A stretch of 63,095 nucleotides of DNA, filler included, from Octopus bimaculoides (Eukaryota): NCBI RefSeq assembly GCF_001194135.2. It is 4 parts of 4 records of this genome, joined end to end, with 100 filler letters (N's around TTAATTAATTAA, not from the genome) between each part and the next. Parts side by side here need not be neighbours in the genome. Positions count along the whole stretch, not along the records: positions 26,234 to 45,654 come from NC_068991.1; 3 more parts are not named here. One strand, 5' to 3'. Below the pieces are notes generated by a model. The model did not search any database. It worked only from the letters and a program-made list of their open reading frames with translations, and had not been told where the DNA came from. Position 1 is the stretch's first letter. Every line of letters starts with the position of its first letter. Shown here in pieces: positions 26,551 through 40,344 of the stretch. A program made the position numbers and the translations under genes.

Positions 26551-26830
26551 ACTGCCAGGAATCAAACTTGGAATCTTGGGGTTAGTAGCCCGTGCTCTGA
26601 ACCACTACACCATATGCCAATGGGCATAGAACTGTTTCACTTGCTAGGTTTAAAGGTCTAGAAGAGAGTTCACAGGTTCTCCTAGATTTCTCAAGCCTTC
26701 GTAAGTTGACACCTGCAGGAAAAATATGTCCAGGAAGAGAATTTCAGAGGGATGATATTCTGGAAAGGAAGGCCCGGAGACAGTGTTTAGTGCAGGACCT
26801 GAGGGAGGGGGACATAAGAAAAAGTTATGA
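26551..26830 (-). mobile_element. tRNA-like SINE head (26551-26620) next to a probable CR1/L2 3' remnant
   Basis: Minus strand ggcatatggtgtagtggtt...agtttgattccc (A/B boxes); the adjacent segment translates SRISSL*NSLPGHIFP (WNSLP-type motif). Confidence 0.45.
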
Positions 26831-27159
26831 ATGAGTCAACTAAAATTGGTTTAAGGAAATAAAATCTTTGATATCTATTTTAAAGAGACGGCTGCAAACT
26901 GAAAGCAGACAGAATGCAAAAATTTTTGGAAATGCTAAAAACCATTCTATATTGAATGCAGGTTACACTGTAATTGATGTTTTTGTTGGCAATATCATTT
27001 TGTTTTTCATATAAGAAATATTCAAATGACTTTACAATTCTTCAAATCAGTGAGAAATATTACCCTCATATAAATTAACACACATCTACAATTATTTAAT
27101 CAACAATTCAAAGAAAAGGTTTTATCAAGTGGAAATTTTATGTGGTTTTTTTTTTTTAC

Positions 27160-27336
27160 CTGTTGAATACCATCTTCATTAACATATATATGAGAAAAGA
27201 GTTGCTTGAACACTTTTACAAGAAAGAAAGCAAAACTCCGAATAGAAACCATATTAATGTTATGAGCCATTTCATCTAATATAACAGCAGCTTGATTTGT
27301 AAGTTCTGCAACTGAAGTTCCAGATTCCTGAGACAA
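27160..27336 (-). CDS. GNPAT: Glycerone-phosphate O-acyltransferase (DHAPAT) internal coding exon
   Basis: ttttatctcacag acceptor and gtaaaa donor, 177 nt, phase 0-0. LSQESGTSVAELTNQAAVILDEMAHNINMVSIRSFAFFLVKVFKQLFSHIYVNEDGIQQ matches my recollection of human GNPAT LSKES...EILDEMSH...[28 protein letters not shown]. Confidence 0.9.
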
Positions 27337-29944
27337 CTGTGAGATAAAAAAAAAAAAAATTTAAAAAAAGGAGAGGAAAAGAAAGCAAGTTTATTTCTGA
27401 CAAAAGGTTTTACATTTCCATTTTATATTTTTACACCGTACTTATTAAGAATAGATCAACCAACAGAATTTTGGATATTTTCTACATTTGCTTCTGCATC
27501 ATCTCATCTGCAAGATTACGATAAATAAATTAAACCTTTGGAAAGACCAATTCAATTAAATTTTCAACTTCCAAGTAAGCCTATTCTATTTAAGCTTTGC
27601 TTGACTAACCACTCTTGTATATATGAACTCAAAATGTTATAATGCCATATATCGATAGCACTAACTATACAAGTTCTATCAGCACATCTTATAATAATTC
27701 TGCTTGTCACTGTGTTACTTAGCCTGTCATTAACACTTTCACATGATTAAAAAGAGGGAGAGAGAAGGAGGGAGAAACGTTCATGACATGAGGTAGAGGG
27801 AATGTAATTGTAACATTTTCACATTAGTTGAAGGGAAAGAAAGGAGAAAGAAAAAGGAAAGAGAAAAAGAGGGTAAGGAGAAGAGTGAGACAGAAAGAGG
27901 AAGAAAGAAAACGGGGGAGGGAGAAGCATCCATGACATGAGGTAGGGGGAACGTAATATTTATTACGTGATTAAAAAAGTTAGTTGAAGGTAGAGGAAAA
28001 GTTAAAAATATAATTTTAGCAAAGGAGTGATGTTCTGATGGTGAGGTTAAAGAAAGGTGGAGAGAGAGGGGAGAGAAAGAGAGAGGGGAAAGAGAGAAGA
28101 GTGAGAGAGGTGGTGATGGTGGTAATTGGATAGTGAAAAGTGTATTTTACTTTAATTGAACTAAGTTTTTTATATCACCTATCACTTAATGCATGCGCAA
28201 TTCTGTGAAATATTCAAGCTTATTTATGTGGCAGACATGCAATTTGACTAAAGATAGTATCATATGTATAGGATTTTTTTTTGTTTGTTTATAAGAAAAT
28301 TGGAAAAATAAGAGTGAATATTTATTTTATGAGTGCTATGTATTATGTCTATGAAATTGTGCATAAAATATATAAAGTGTATATATAAAGTACAGTAAGT
28401 AACCATCATATTCTAATTTCTTTCACTTTTCGATGAGTAGCAGATGAACAACTATCTTTCCATATAGACACAACACAGGCTACGCTTTCAGGTTTTTTGG
28501 ATAAAGTTTTCAGAAATAACCCAATAGGGTTGTTATTAATTCCATGAAATATTCACGGGTCCCACTTTAATACTTAGCAAGGTAACTTTCCTGATGTTAT
28601 GTTGTTCTTTATATGGCTTTGCTGGTGAAGAAAGTAACCATGACCTACTGTAAAACCTCTAAAATGAGTGAAGAAAAGAATTCACAAGTTCTCTTCAAAT
28701 TTCAAAATCAACTGCATCAAGAATCTATCTCAAAACAGGTACAGTCTGTCAAACAGGCTTCAACACATTTTCTGTCAATTCATTTAACTGACAAAGCTCT
28801 GGTCAATCTGAGGCTATGGTAAGGTTCAAATGGTACAGTTTGATACAACTAATACTTAACTATTTGCAATATTCACCTTCCAAACCCTCTGATTCAAGTT
28901 ATCAGACACATTTTTATAGCTTTTAAATTGATTATGTGATAAAAATCAAGCTGATGAAAATTAAGAAGTCTCATAGGAAAATGAACTCTTTCAAGAATAG
29001 AAACAGGTGAGAACAGAAAAAAAAATTTACAAACTTAGTCATCTGTAGAATATGTTTAAAATAGGAGAATAAATTAAAGCCAGCCAAAATATTGAATAAA
29101 TCTTGAACTGAAAATTTTGAAATTAGCAGTTAATTGACACCAAAATCCTTATGACTTACAATTCCATATAACCAATATTACATTACTAACAAATTCACTC
29201 AGGTGAAGGATCTTGAAGTAACATGTTCTATGAGGGAGATACCATTCTTTGTTCTTTCTCTCCTTGTTTATTTACATTCCAATAAAGACCTCAGAATATC
29301 TGTTTCAAATTGAGGCATTATTGAACTACTTATATTGGCATCTTGCTTCCTACATCTTCTAATGGAGAGAAGAGTGATATATACAAATTGTCCATTCAAG
29401 ACATTCTTTCTGTAGATATTTATCCAAAAGTGAACCTTTCACCCTGATAGAATATGCTCATTGGCAGATTGGCAATACCAATAGTTCATAAAGGGTATTC
29501 TACAAAATATATAGACTCTACCAAATGTACAAAATATATTTAGTTCTACATAAGCAGTACTACAGAGAAGCACAAAAATGTGAGAATCTTGTCTGATAAA
29601 AAGGAATGCAGAAGATTTTTAGTTCTTTAATAGTAATATTGGTCCTTAGATATTAATGAAAAATATTCATTAGTTATTTAAATGATGATGATATTTTAAA
29701 CTACAGTTTATCAACTGCCATGCACTTTTCATAATTGTCAACAGCTTATTGTGTAGTTCGAATATCACACTCCACAGTAATACGTTGCGTCTTGGTACAT
29801 TTCATAATGATTTTCTTATCATTTATAAGTGACTGCTCCATTAAAAATTTTAAGTTGAAAATTAGAGTTTGTTAAAGATGAAACTGAGAATTTACTTTCC
29901 CCAGACTCTGCAATGTTTACTAGCTCTTTTATCTTCTTATTTAT

Positions 29945-30102
29945 AAGGTGCAGACATGGCTGTGTGGTAAGAAGCTTGCTTCCTAAACATGGGTCTGGGT
30001 TCAGTTCCTCTGCATAGCACCTTGGGCAAGAGTTTTCTGTTATAGCCTCAGGCCATCCAAAAGCCTTATGAGTGGATTTGGTAGATGGAAACTGAAAAAA
30101 GC

Positions 30103-30105
<3 letters not shown>
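29945..30105 (+). mobile_element. tRNA-derived SINE family A, 5' part, followed by (TG)n
   Basis: A box tggctgtgtggtaag, B-box-like gggttcagttcc; colinear with the copy at 39370. Confidence 0.8.
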
Positions 30106-30148
<43 letters not shown>

Positions 30149-30794
30149 CTCAAATAATTACTGTTTGTTACTTTCTCCCATGTGCCACAAAATGCCAGCT
30201 AAGTTATCACACTTCTTTGCCTTTAATTGTACATCATTCAGCTATTTGTGTATCTACCCTGTTGATACTAAACTGTCTTTAATTTCATCTTATTTAATCT
30301 AACTTACCATAATCATAACATTGCCTTTAATACTCTGTTTCCTCATTTCTTCATTACATTCTCTATGAAAATATATCTCATCTTGCCCATCATAATTTTG
30401 CCTCTGTTTCCTCATTCCATTACTGTCTCTACTCTGGAAATGAACATATCCGTATTACTGCAATACACATGCTGCAGTTTGTATCCTTGGTACCAAAATG
30501 TGACTGAAAAGAACCTATCAATTAATTAACTTTTTTTATTTTTATCTACCTTTGCACTAACAAATCTTGCATAGTACTCAACTATTTTTACTACCTTTAT
30601 TCACCCATCTTTGTATTAACCATGTTTGTATAGCACTCATTTCAGGTTGATGCAGCTAGTGTAATACAAATGAATGAATGATGATAGATTAAATGAGAGG
30701 ACAACTACTATGACATGTCTGTTGACAAACACTCAATGAAACCTTCTTTTCAGATGCAGAATGCCTTCCTCCTCCTCCTTGTTCTTTCCCCTTC

Positions 30795-31030
30795 ATATCC
30801 TTAGATTGGCATTGTCAATTTCAGCACATTGAAAGGTAGGCCTGGTGAGATTGTTGAGATGTGTGGTGCATTCAAGAAGAAAGGTAGAGGAGAGCTTCAG
30901 CCAAATTCCTCGCAGGCAAAAAACATTGGTATCAACTCTTCTGGGAAGATAACAGTGAAGGAGTAGGTGGCATGAGCATACTCCTGAGAAATATGTGGAT
31001 AAGGTAATTGAGGAAGTGAAAGTGTGTGAT
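30795..31030 (+). mobile_element. RTE APE endonuclease N-terminal fragment
   Basis: STLKGRPGEIVEM and tggataaggtaattgagg, shared with the copies at 31.3 and 40.8 kb. Confidence 0.7.
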
Positions 31031-31299
31031 AGGATACAGCAACAATTATCTCTGCCTAGCCTCCCTACCTTTCTTCCAGGGCAACCTATGTGATCCACCT
31101 TCATGTCCTCTTTCCCACCTGCCCCTCCTCTTTCTCCCCACTAGTCTGGATGCTGTATGGGATTGAGGAAATTGTAATTCAATTGAATTGAATAAACTAT
31201 GTATAAAAGCTCTATGCCACCGGGTAAGTGTTTTCACAGTTCTTCTTTTCTGGTACTGACAAAAGACTCATAACAACTGCCTTCCCACTGCCACTCTCA

Positions 31300-34200
31300 A
31301 GTACACTATTTCAGGGCCATCAACATTGGCACAATGAAAGGTAGGTCCAGTGAGATTGTTAAAATGATGGAGTGTTGCCATGTCAATATATGCAGTGTGC
31401 AAGAAGTAAGATAGAAGGGGGCCTCTGCTAGATTCCTCACAGTTGGAAAACAGAGGTCCAAATTCTTCTGGATAGGCAGGAGCGATGGAGTGAGTAGTGT
31501 GAGCATGTTGTTAGCAAAAAAGTGGGTGGATAAGGTAATTGAGGTAGTCAGAGTATGCAATAGAGTTATTAAGCTGAGACTTATCGTAGATAAATTAGCA
31601 TTTACATTTAACTCTGTCTATGCTCCACATGCTGGGCTGGCTGAAGGACCTTTTGCAGACTCCCTCAACAACAAATGACAGAGACTTGGTTATTGTGGCT
31701 AGTGACTTTAATGGACATGTTGGGTAGTATTCCCATGGATTCCATGGGGTGCATGGTAATTATGGCTTTAGCACCTGGAGTGAGGAGAGAACAGGGCTAC
31801 TGGAGTTCTGTGATGCAAATGATCTCATGATTTGCAACACTAACTTCAGAAAGCCAGCCAGCCAGCCACCTAATCACTTATCAGTCTGGTAGGCACATAA
31901 GACTGATCTACTACCTCTTCACCTGGCAACCTGATAGGCAGATGCTCACAAATGTGAAGTCTTTCCCAGGTGAAGAATGTACACCTCAACATAGGCTATT
32001 AGTGACTTTAGAATAAGGGCTACAAAGACTCAGAAAAATAAACCACACTGGAAAAGAAAGTTATCGAAGCTCAAAGACCCAGTTAACCGACAGAAATTCA
32101 GAGACATTCTAATGAAAGTCTCTGACAACAAAGAGGAGGAAGTAGGGACATATAGCTTAGAGGACAATTGGAAGTTCCTGCGAAACAATATATTGAGGGT
32201 TGCAGGCCAAATCAGTGGCTGGTGCAAAGTCCCACCTAGAACTGCGGGTGACATGGTGGTGAAACAAGAAGGTGGACAGCACTATAAAAGCAAAAAGACA
32301 AGCCTGGAAAGACTGGAAAAATGGTGGAAGCAGAGAATTATATCAGGTAGCCAGAAGGGAAGCTAGGTGACAGGCTTACATAACAAAAGGAATAGCTGAC
32401 GGTAAGAGGCTTGTCTATGTTCTGCAGCATTAGGATCAGCAGTGTCAAGTGCTCAGGATTGCAAAGCACTGTATCAGAGAGAATAGAGATGTGGAAGGTG
32501 ATAAATGTGTGCAAATGGAAAATGGCATGCTTTCACTTAATGATTGAGAAGAAAGATGCATGGAAGTGCCACTATAAAAGGTTACTAAATGTGGAAAATG
32601 AATGAGAGAGGGGAGAGTCTTTCAAATATTGAAGTAACCAAACCATCAGAGTTGATGGCATCAATAATAGATAAGGCAATTAAGGATATGAAGTCAGGGA
32701 AAGCCCCTAAGCCATCAAAGTCACTACTGAGATGATTAAAATATCTGGTGGTGTAGGATAGAACCTAGTCACCCTTATAGTTAATCAAGTTATTCAGGAA
32801 GGTGTCATCCCGAATGACTGGTGTAGTAGTATTATAGTTAGCTGCTACAAGGGGATGCCTTAGATTGAAACAACTACAGAGGTATCACACTGTTAGACCA
32901 GATCATGAAAATTACTGAGAGAGCTATAGTTCAATTGATTAGGAATAGAGTTAAACTAGATGAGATACAGTTTGGTTTAGTGTATGGGAAAAGTACCACA
33001 AATGCTATCTTCCTAGTGAGACAGCTGCAGGAAAAGTATTTGGCCAAAAGAAAGCCATTGTACTTAGCTTTCATTGACCTGGAGAAAGCTTTTGACAGAG
33101 TCCCCTGCTTTGTTATATGGTGGTCTCAAAAGAAGTTAAGAGTAAAAGAGTTGTTTGTTAGAGCTGTACAAGTCATGTACATTGGTGCTGTTAGTAAGGT
33201 GAAAGTCAGCCACAAATACAGTGGTGAATTTAGCATACAAGTGGTTTGTTCACCAAGGTTCTGTTCTCAGCCTGCTCTTATTCATCATAGTTCTCCAGGC
33301 CATAACAGTGGTATTCAAAACTGGATGCCCATAGGAACTACTTTATGGTGATGACATCACTCTTATTGCAGAATCTGGAACACAATTGGAGAAAAAATTC
33401 CAGGTATGGAAGCAAAACCTGGAATCAAAGGGCCTTAAAGTTAACCTAGCAAAGACCAAAGTTTTTGTTAGCAAGAAAGAAGATAAAACTCTTCCCGTCA
33501 AGTAAATGGCCCTGCTCAATATGTAGGAAAAGTGTTAGAAGTAATTCCATTCGCTGCACCTAGTGCAAGTTATGGATACATAATAGGTACAGTGAAATCA
33601 CAGGTAGATTAACAGATAAAATCATTTTCATATGTGGCAGATGTGCAGAAACTATAAGCACTAAGAGCACACGAGACTTAGATTCTCTTAAATGCACAGG
33701 AGGCTCTCTTGAGGTTGTAGATAGTTTGTAAATTTGTAATGATGGAGGATGTTCTGAAAGTATTGTTTCTAGAATAAAAATAGGATGGAGGAAGTTCAGA
33801 CAGCTATTATTTCTGTTGACAACAAAAGGACTCTCTCTCAGAGTGAAAGGTAGATTGTATGATGCTTGTGTGCAAACAGTTATACTCCATGGTAGTGAGA
33901 CATATGCTCTAAATTCGGAAGACATGCATAGACTAGAGAGAAATGAAAGCAGTATGCTCTGCTGGATGTGCAACATCAGTGTGCATGTATGACAAAGTAC
34001 AAAAGTATTGAGAGAAAAGTTGGGTATAAGAGGAATCAAATGCAGCATGCAAGAGAGAAGACTACATTGGTTTGGACATGTGATGAAGACAGCTGTATAA
34101 AGAAGCACCAATCACTGAAATGGAGAATACCTATGGAAGAGGGAGACCCAGGAAGACATGGGATGAAGTGGTAAGGACCAACCCGAGGATGCTGGGCCTC

Positions 34201-35238
34201 ACAGAAGAAATGACAATGGACTGAGATGTCTGGCAATATGAAGTTCTTGAGAAGACCCACCCATGTCAGCAAAACTGAATTCTAGAAGCACTGTGTTCCA
34301 CACACACATAATAAGGAAACTTTACACACACCCTACCCACATGTAACAAGAAAACTTTTCACAAACCCTATCCCAACAAACCAAACTACATCTCTTCTCT
34401 CCCTCACATCTCCACTATCATGCACTATGCTTTTCTCTCACCACCGAATCCTGTCCTCAGCCCTGTTCATTGTATCATAGCTATCCAGTAGCCCCACCTC
34501 TATATACTCAGGTTTTCACCACTCTCTACCTTCCTCTACCCCCACTCTCTACTCCTGCTTCTTTAGCAATGCCCTGCCACTCATATTATGACCTTCGTAC
34601 CTCAAGGGTATGCCCTGGCACTTGCCACCATCTCTCTCTCTCTTCTTCTACTCAACCATCCCATTTTCTGATCTCTGTCCGTTTTGCATATGCCCAGCAT
34701 TTTGTCATCATCTCTCTCCTGCTGTCTCCCACTCTCTCTCTCTCTCCTTCTCATCATCTCCCTCAGGTTGAGTAACCATGTGTCTCCTTTACAGCAGCAC
34801 ACTTGTTTCTGTCCTCATTTTTCTCTCTCTCTCTGGCCATGTCTCTCTGTCTCACTATAACCTTTCATCATGACACAAGATCACCTCCTCCAATGCCCCC
34901 TCCCCTCTCAAAGGATCTTTGTCTTGCAAGTTACCTGGTGACCCTACTAGTGCTGGTGCCACTTAAAAAGCATCCAGTCCTCACTGTAAAATTATTGGCA
35001 TTTGGAAGGGTATGCAGCTGTAAAAATCATGCTAAACTGACCTTGCCTGTGCTTGTGCCACAAAAAACACTCAGTCCAAAAAACACTCTGATGGCTGGTG
35101 TTAGGAAAGGTATCCAGCCATAAAATTGCTACCAAAACAGACACAGAAAAATGGTGCAAGCTCTACCTGGCCAGCTCCTGTCAAACCGTCCAACCCATGT
35201 CAACATGGGAGGTGTTAAATGATGATGATGATGATGAT
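31300..35238 (+). mobile_element. Near full-length degenerate RTE-clade LINE (APE + RT, long 3' UTR, (TGA)n tail), copy 1
   Basis: NIGTMKGRSSEIV, NTNFRKP, PGEECTPQHRL, NYRGITLLDQIMKI, LQEKYLAKRKPLYLAFIDLEKAFDRVP, LYGDDI and LRVKGRLYDACV. Confidence 0.92.
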
Positions 35239-35299
35239 GCCCCTCAAACAGGTCTACCAAATGAACAAAAGGATTGTTTTTTTTTATCATATGCTTTTG

Positions 35300-38010
35300 C
35301 AGACTACCTCAAAGACAAATAACAGTGACCTTCTCTTTGCGGACATGTTGGGTGTCTTTGCAGTGTGCATGGTGTCCATGCAGTTGGTTCCTGTAATGAG
35401 GAGGGAACAAGGCTTCTGGAGTTCTGATGCAAATAACCTAATGATCTGTAACACCAACTTCAGGAAGCCTGCCAGTCACTTGATAACCTATCTCATTGTT
35501 GGCCATACTAGCCAGATTGACTACATTCTCAGCAGAAAGCAAGATACATGGTTGATTAAAAATGCAAAAGCCTTCCCTGGTAAAGAATGTACCCCTCAGC
35601 ATAGGTTTCTTATTAGTGACTTCAGATAGATACAGGCTAGAAAGAAGGATCTAGAAGCTTAAGGATCCTTTGAATAGTCAAAAATTTAGAGGCATCCTAA
35701 CTGATGCATTTGATAAGGAGGAGAAGTTACAGACATGTAACATAAAAAGATGACTAGAAGTTCCTATGAGACAACTTACTAAGAGCCACAGACCAAATTT
35801 GTGACCGGGGCAAAATCCCAACCAGACCTAGGATAACATGGTGGTGAAACAGTGTAGTTGATAGAGCCACTGGAGCAATGAAACAGGACTGGAAGAGTGA
35901 CAGTTGCAAAGAACTATATTAGGTATATAGAAAGGAAACAAAGTACATTTAACCAAGGAAAAGGCAGAAAGGAAGAAGTTTGTCAATGTTCTGCAGTGTG
36001 AGGACATGCAGCTAGAGAAGTTTCAATTTGCAAGGGAGTGTGTCAGGGAAAATCATGATGTAGGAGAGAAGTGCGTTTGCATGAATGATGGTTCAATGGT
36101 AGTTAGTGACTCTGTAAAGAAAAAGGCTTAGAAGTGCCACTGTGAAAGGCTGCTAAATGTAGAGAACACATTGGAAAGGGAAGTCTGCCTAATGTGGATC
36201 TAAAAGAGGGACCAGCTATCCAAATAGACAGTAGCTTGGTAGATAAAGCTATGAAGGTTATGAAGACAGGAAAAGCACTGGCCTACCAGGAATCAATGCT
36301 GAGATACTTAAAATATCTGGTGGAGTGCAATATGGCCTACTCACCTGCATAGTGAATCAGGTTGTCCACAAGGGAGTCATATCCAATGACTGGTGTAGCA
36401 GCATTATAGTCAACAGCTACAGAAATAATTACAGCAGTATTAAATTGTTGGACCAGGTAATGAAAGTTACAGAGAGGTTCATAGCTCTGCTAGTTAAGAA
36501 GATAGCCTAGATGAGATGCAGTTTCATTTTGTGCCAGGGAGAAACACTACCGATGCTATATTCTTGGTAAGACAGCTGCAGAAGTACTTAGCAAAATTAG
36601 ATCCCTGCACTTGGCTTTTATTGACATGGAGAAAGCTTTTGACAGGGTCCGCTGCCCCCTTATCTGGTTGTCAATGCAGAAGCTAGGGGTAGATGAGTCG
36701 TTGGTGAGAGCTGTACAAGACATGTACAGGGATGCTGTCAGTAAGATGAAAGTTGGCAACAAGCATAGCAATGAATTAAGTGTACAGATAGAAATTCACC
36801 AGGGATTAGTTCTTAGCCCCTTCTTGTTCATCATAGTCCTCCAAGCAATAACAGTGGAATATAAGTCAAGCTGTCCCTGGGAGTTCCTCTATGTTGATGA
36901 ACTTGATCTTATAGCTGAATCACTACTAGAACTAGAGAAGAAATTTCAGGAGTAAGCAAGATCTGGAATCAAAGGGCCTTAGAGTTAATTTAGCAAAGAT
37001 CAAAGTCTCAGTAAGTAAGAAAACAGACAAATCACAAATCCTTTCAGGGAAATGGCTCAGCCCCATATGTAGAAAAGATATAAGTAGAAACTTAATAAGT
37101 TGTACCTGGTACAAGCTATGGACACAATGGGTGCAACAGTATCAGAGGAAGGTTAACAAAGAAAGTATTCTTTGTGCATGGCAGATGTGTAGGCACAATA
37201 AACACTAGGAAAGTACAAAAATAGACTTCATCAGACACCTGGTGGGGGATATTTAGAAGTAGTAGTCAGCAGTGGAGGTGAATGCTCTGAGTGCATAGTT
37301 GCTAGATTAAGAATGGGCTGAGCAAAGTTCAGAGAGCTTTTATCTTTGTTGGTAACAAAGGGCCTCTCCTTCAGAGTGAAAGGCAGACTGTATGATGCCT
37401 GTGTGCAAACAGCCATGCTACAATGACAGTGAAACATGGGCTGTGACTGCAGAGGACATGCAAGGGCTTGAAAGAAATGAAGTTAGCATGCTCTGCTTGA
37501 TGTGCAATGTCAATGTGCATGCACGAAAGTGTAAGAGTCTAAAGAGGAAAATTGGGTATAAGAGGTACCAGATGTGGTGTGCAAGGGAGAAGACTGCTCT
37601 GGTATGGTCATGTGATGTATATGGACAAGGACAGCTGTGTAAAAAAGTGCCAATCTCTAACTGTGGAGGGAACCTGTGGAAGAGGTAGACCCAAGAAGAC
37701 ATGAGACGATGAGGTGAAATATGATCTTTGGATGTTGAGTCTCACAGAAGTGATGACAAGTGACAGAGACTTTTAGTGATTTGCTGTGCTTGAGAAGACA
37801 TGTCAAGCTAAGTGAAATTATGGTTGTGACCAGTGCCATGTAAAAGGCAACCATGCAAGTGACACATAAAAACACCTTGTACACTCTATTGGATTGGTTA
37901 GCATTAGGAAGGGCATCAAACCATGCAAACATAGACTGGAGCCTGATGCAGCTCTCCAGCTTACCAGCCCCAGTCAAACCATCTTACCCATAGTAGCTTG
38001 ATGATGATGA
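35300..38010 (+). mobile_element. 5'-truncated degenerate RTE-clade LINE, copy 2
   Basis: ICNTNFRKPASHLITY, AFIDMEKAFDRV, FLYVDELDLIAES and a tga tail; it starts about 60 bp after the tail of copy 1. Confidence 0.92.
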
Positions 38011-38107
38011 TGGTGGTGGTGGTGGTGGTGGTGTGTGTGTGTGTGTGCTTGCTTATGAGATGGTTTCAAAAAGTTCCCAAACTAGTTCTGTAGTGTGCCA
38101 ACAGATA

Positions 38108-38195
38108 GCAGTATCAAATTGTTGGACCAGGTAATGAAAATTACAGAGAGGGTCATAGTTCTACTAATTAAGAAGAGAGCCTAGATGAGATGTAG
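38108..38195 (+). mobile_element. ~90-bp RTE RT fragment inside the mariner 5' region
   Basis: Nearly identical to 36436-36522 (aaattgttggaccaggtaatgaaa.ttacagagagg...gcctagatgagatg). Confidence 0.8.
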
Positions 38196-39369
38196 TAAGA
38201 GCTAGCAGTGACTTTCATGAGACAGTGTGCCAAGTGGCATCACTGTTTACTTTGCAAGTTGTGAAATTTGTGTTTTTGTAATCACATGTATGCTGTAGTC
38301 TGCAATTTTGTCATGGACAGGAAATTGGAACAAAGAGCGAACATGAAAGTCTGCTACAGAGATGTTGAACATGCTTCAGCAAGTTTACGACAATAAGGCA
38401 ATGAGTTGTATGCAATGTTTCAAGTGGTACAGGTGCTTCAAAAGTGGAAGAACATCCCTGGAAGACGATGAGCAATCTGGAAGACCTGCCATGAACATTA
38501 CCCCCTAGAATGAGGAGAAAATTCACCAGCTTGTGCATAAGGCTCGTCAGAAGACAATCAACAACATTGCTGATGCTGAGGTCTGTTGTATGGGTCCATG
38601 CAGGCAATCCTAACATCTGAATTGAACATGTGGTGTGCTCTGACAAGTTTATCCCCAACCCGCTGACCATTGAGCAGAAAGAACATCACATCGATGTCTG
38701 CCAAGATCTCCGTCAGCACGCTGCTGATGACCCATCTTCCTTGTCGAGGATCATCACCAGTGACAAGAGTTGGGTCTACGGGTACAACCCTGAGATGAAG
38801 CAGCAGTCATTACAATGGGAGAGTCCGTCATCTCCACGACCAAAGAAGGCATGACAGAGCTGCACCTTGATCAAGAGCATACTCACTGTTTTTTTTTTTT
38901 TGGCATCCACAGTATTGTGCATTGGAAATTTCTAACCGGGGACTAGACTGTCAGTCAAGAGTTCTACTGCAACATTTTGAAGTACTTAAGGGAGAACATT
39001 CAGCGAAAGTAACCAGATATGTGGAGCACGAAGAATTGGATTCTTCATGATGACAATGCAACCTAACACTAAGCTCTCCTCACTCATGAGTTTCTCACCA
39101 AAAACAACATGGTATTATTTTCACACTCACCCAATTCATCAGATTTAGCACTTGTGGACTTCCATCTCTTTCCCAAGATGAAAATACAGCTCAAAGATCA
39201 CTGTTTTAATAGCGTTATCGAGATCAAGAACGAATCACAAAAGGTCCTTGACTCACTTACAGAAAATGACTTCCAGGCCAGATTCCAAAAGTAGCAGGAA
39301 TACTGGGACCAGTGTATTGCTGCACAAGGCAACTATTTTGAAGACGATGTTAAAACTTAGGTAAATATA

Positions 39370-39926
39370 GGCGCAGGAGTGGCTGTGTGGTAAGTAGCTT
39401 GCTTACTAGGGGTTGCTGATCTGTGGGCGTCGGCGCCCCTCTCATTTTTCATATGTATCATCCTTTCCTTCTACATCTGTCTTTGTCCAGCCCTAGCTAC
39501 GGCCATTCTATGTAAAGCCTATATGGCTAATTAATGAAATAAAGTAGCTTGCTTACTAACCACATGGTTCCGGGTTCATTCCCACTGCATGGCACCTTGG
39601 GCAATTGTCTTCTACTATAGCCTCGGGTCAACCAAAGCCTTGTGAGTGGATTTAGTAGACGGAAACTGAAAGAAGCCTGTCGTATATATGTATATATATA
39701 TATGTATGTATGTATTTGTGTGTCTTTGTTTGTCCTTCCAACATTGCTTGACAACCAATGGTGGTGTGTTTACGTCCCTGTAACTTAGAGGTTCAGCACA
39801 AGAATCCGATAGAATAAGTACTAGGCTTCCAAAGAATAAGTCCTGGGGGCGATTTGCTTGACTAAAGGCAGTGCTCTAGCATGGCCGCAGTCAAATGACT
39901 GAAACAAGTAAAAGAGTAAAAGAGTA
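39370..39926 (+). mobile_element. Full-length tRNA-derived SINE family A, inserted near the mariner right end and itself interrupted
   Basis: Head ggcgcaggagtggctgtgtggtaag, B box gggttcattccc, internal (TA/TG)n and tail gtaaaagagtaaaagagta; colinear with the reverse complement of 60018-60397. Confidence 0.9.
39409..39541. mobile_element. 133-bp insertion with a 17-bp target-site duplication
   Basis: aagtagcttgcttacta occurs at 39392-39408 and 39542-39558; the insert ends ...aattaatgaaataa. Confidence 0.85.
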
Positions 39927-40344
39927 TGTAAGTTATTTTTTATTAAACCTAACTAGTTTGGGAACTTTTTGATACTACCTCATACATCCCTGTAACTTAG
40001 CAGTTTGGCAAAAGAAACCAATATAACAAGTACCAGACTTTAAAAAAAGTACTGGGGTCAATTCATTCAACTAAAAATTCTTCAAGGTGGTGCCCCAGCA
40101 TGGTCACAGTCTAATGACTGAAAAAAATAAAATAAAATACTATTGATTATATGATATTTAATAACAATTTCAAATTCTCATGTTAGAAAAGTTATGTAAA
40201 TCTATTGGATTTTCTTTCATTCAACTGATATATATTGTTGGCTAACCTAATACTGAACAGCAAATACGAAGTTATAAAGAAGAAAAACTATGGAAATACT
40301 GTCACAATATACATAATACAAAATATAAATTCAAAACAACATAC

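Larger units (their letters stand above)
38054..39984 (+). mobile_element. Degenerate mariner with TIRs, interrupted by an RTE fragment and a SINE
   Basis: TIRs ta-tgagatggtttcaaaaagttcccaaactagt and actagtttgggaactttttgatactacctca-ta; motifs IITSDKSWVYGYNPE, HDDNA and SHSPNSSDLALVDFHLFPKMK. Confidence 0.9.

Noticed and set aside
26551-26620. Possible tRNA gene on the minus strand
   Set aside because: Degenerate B box and incomplete cloverleaf within a TE patch; treated as a SINE head
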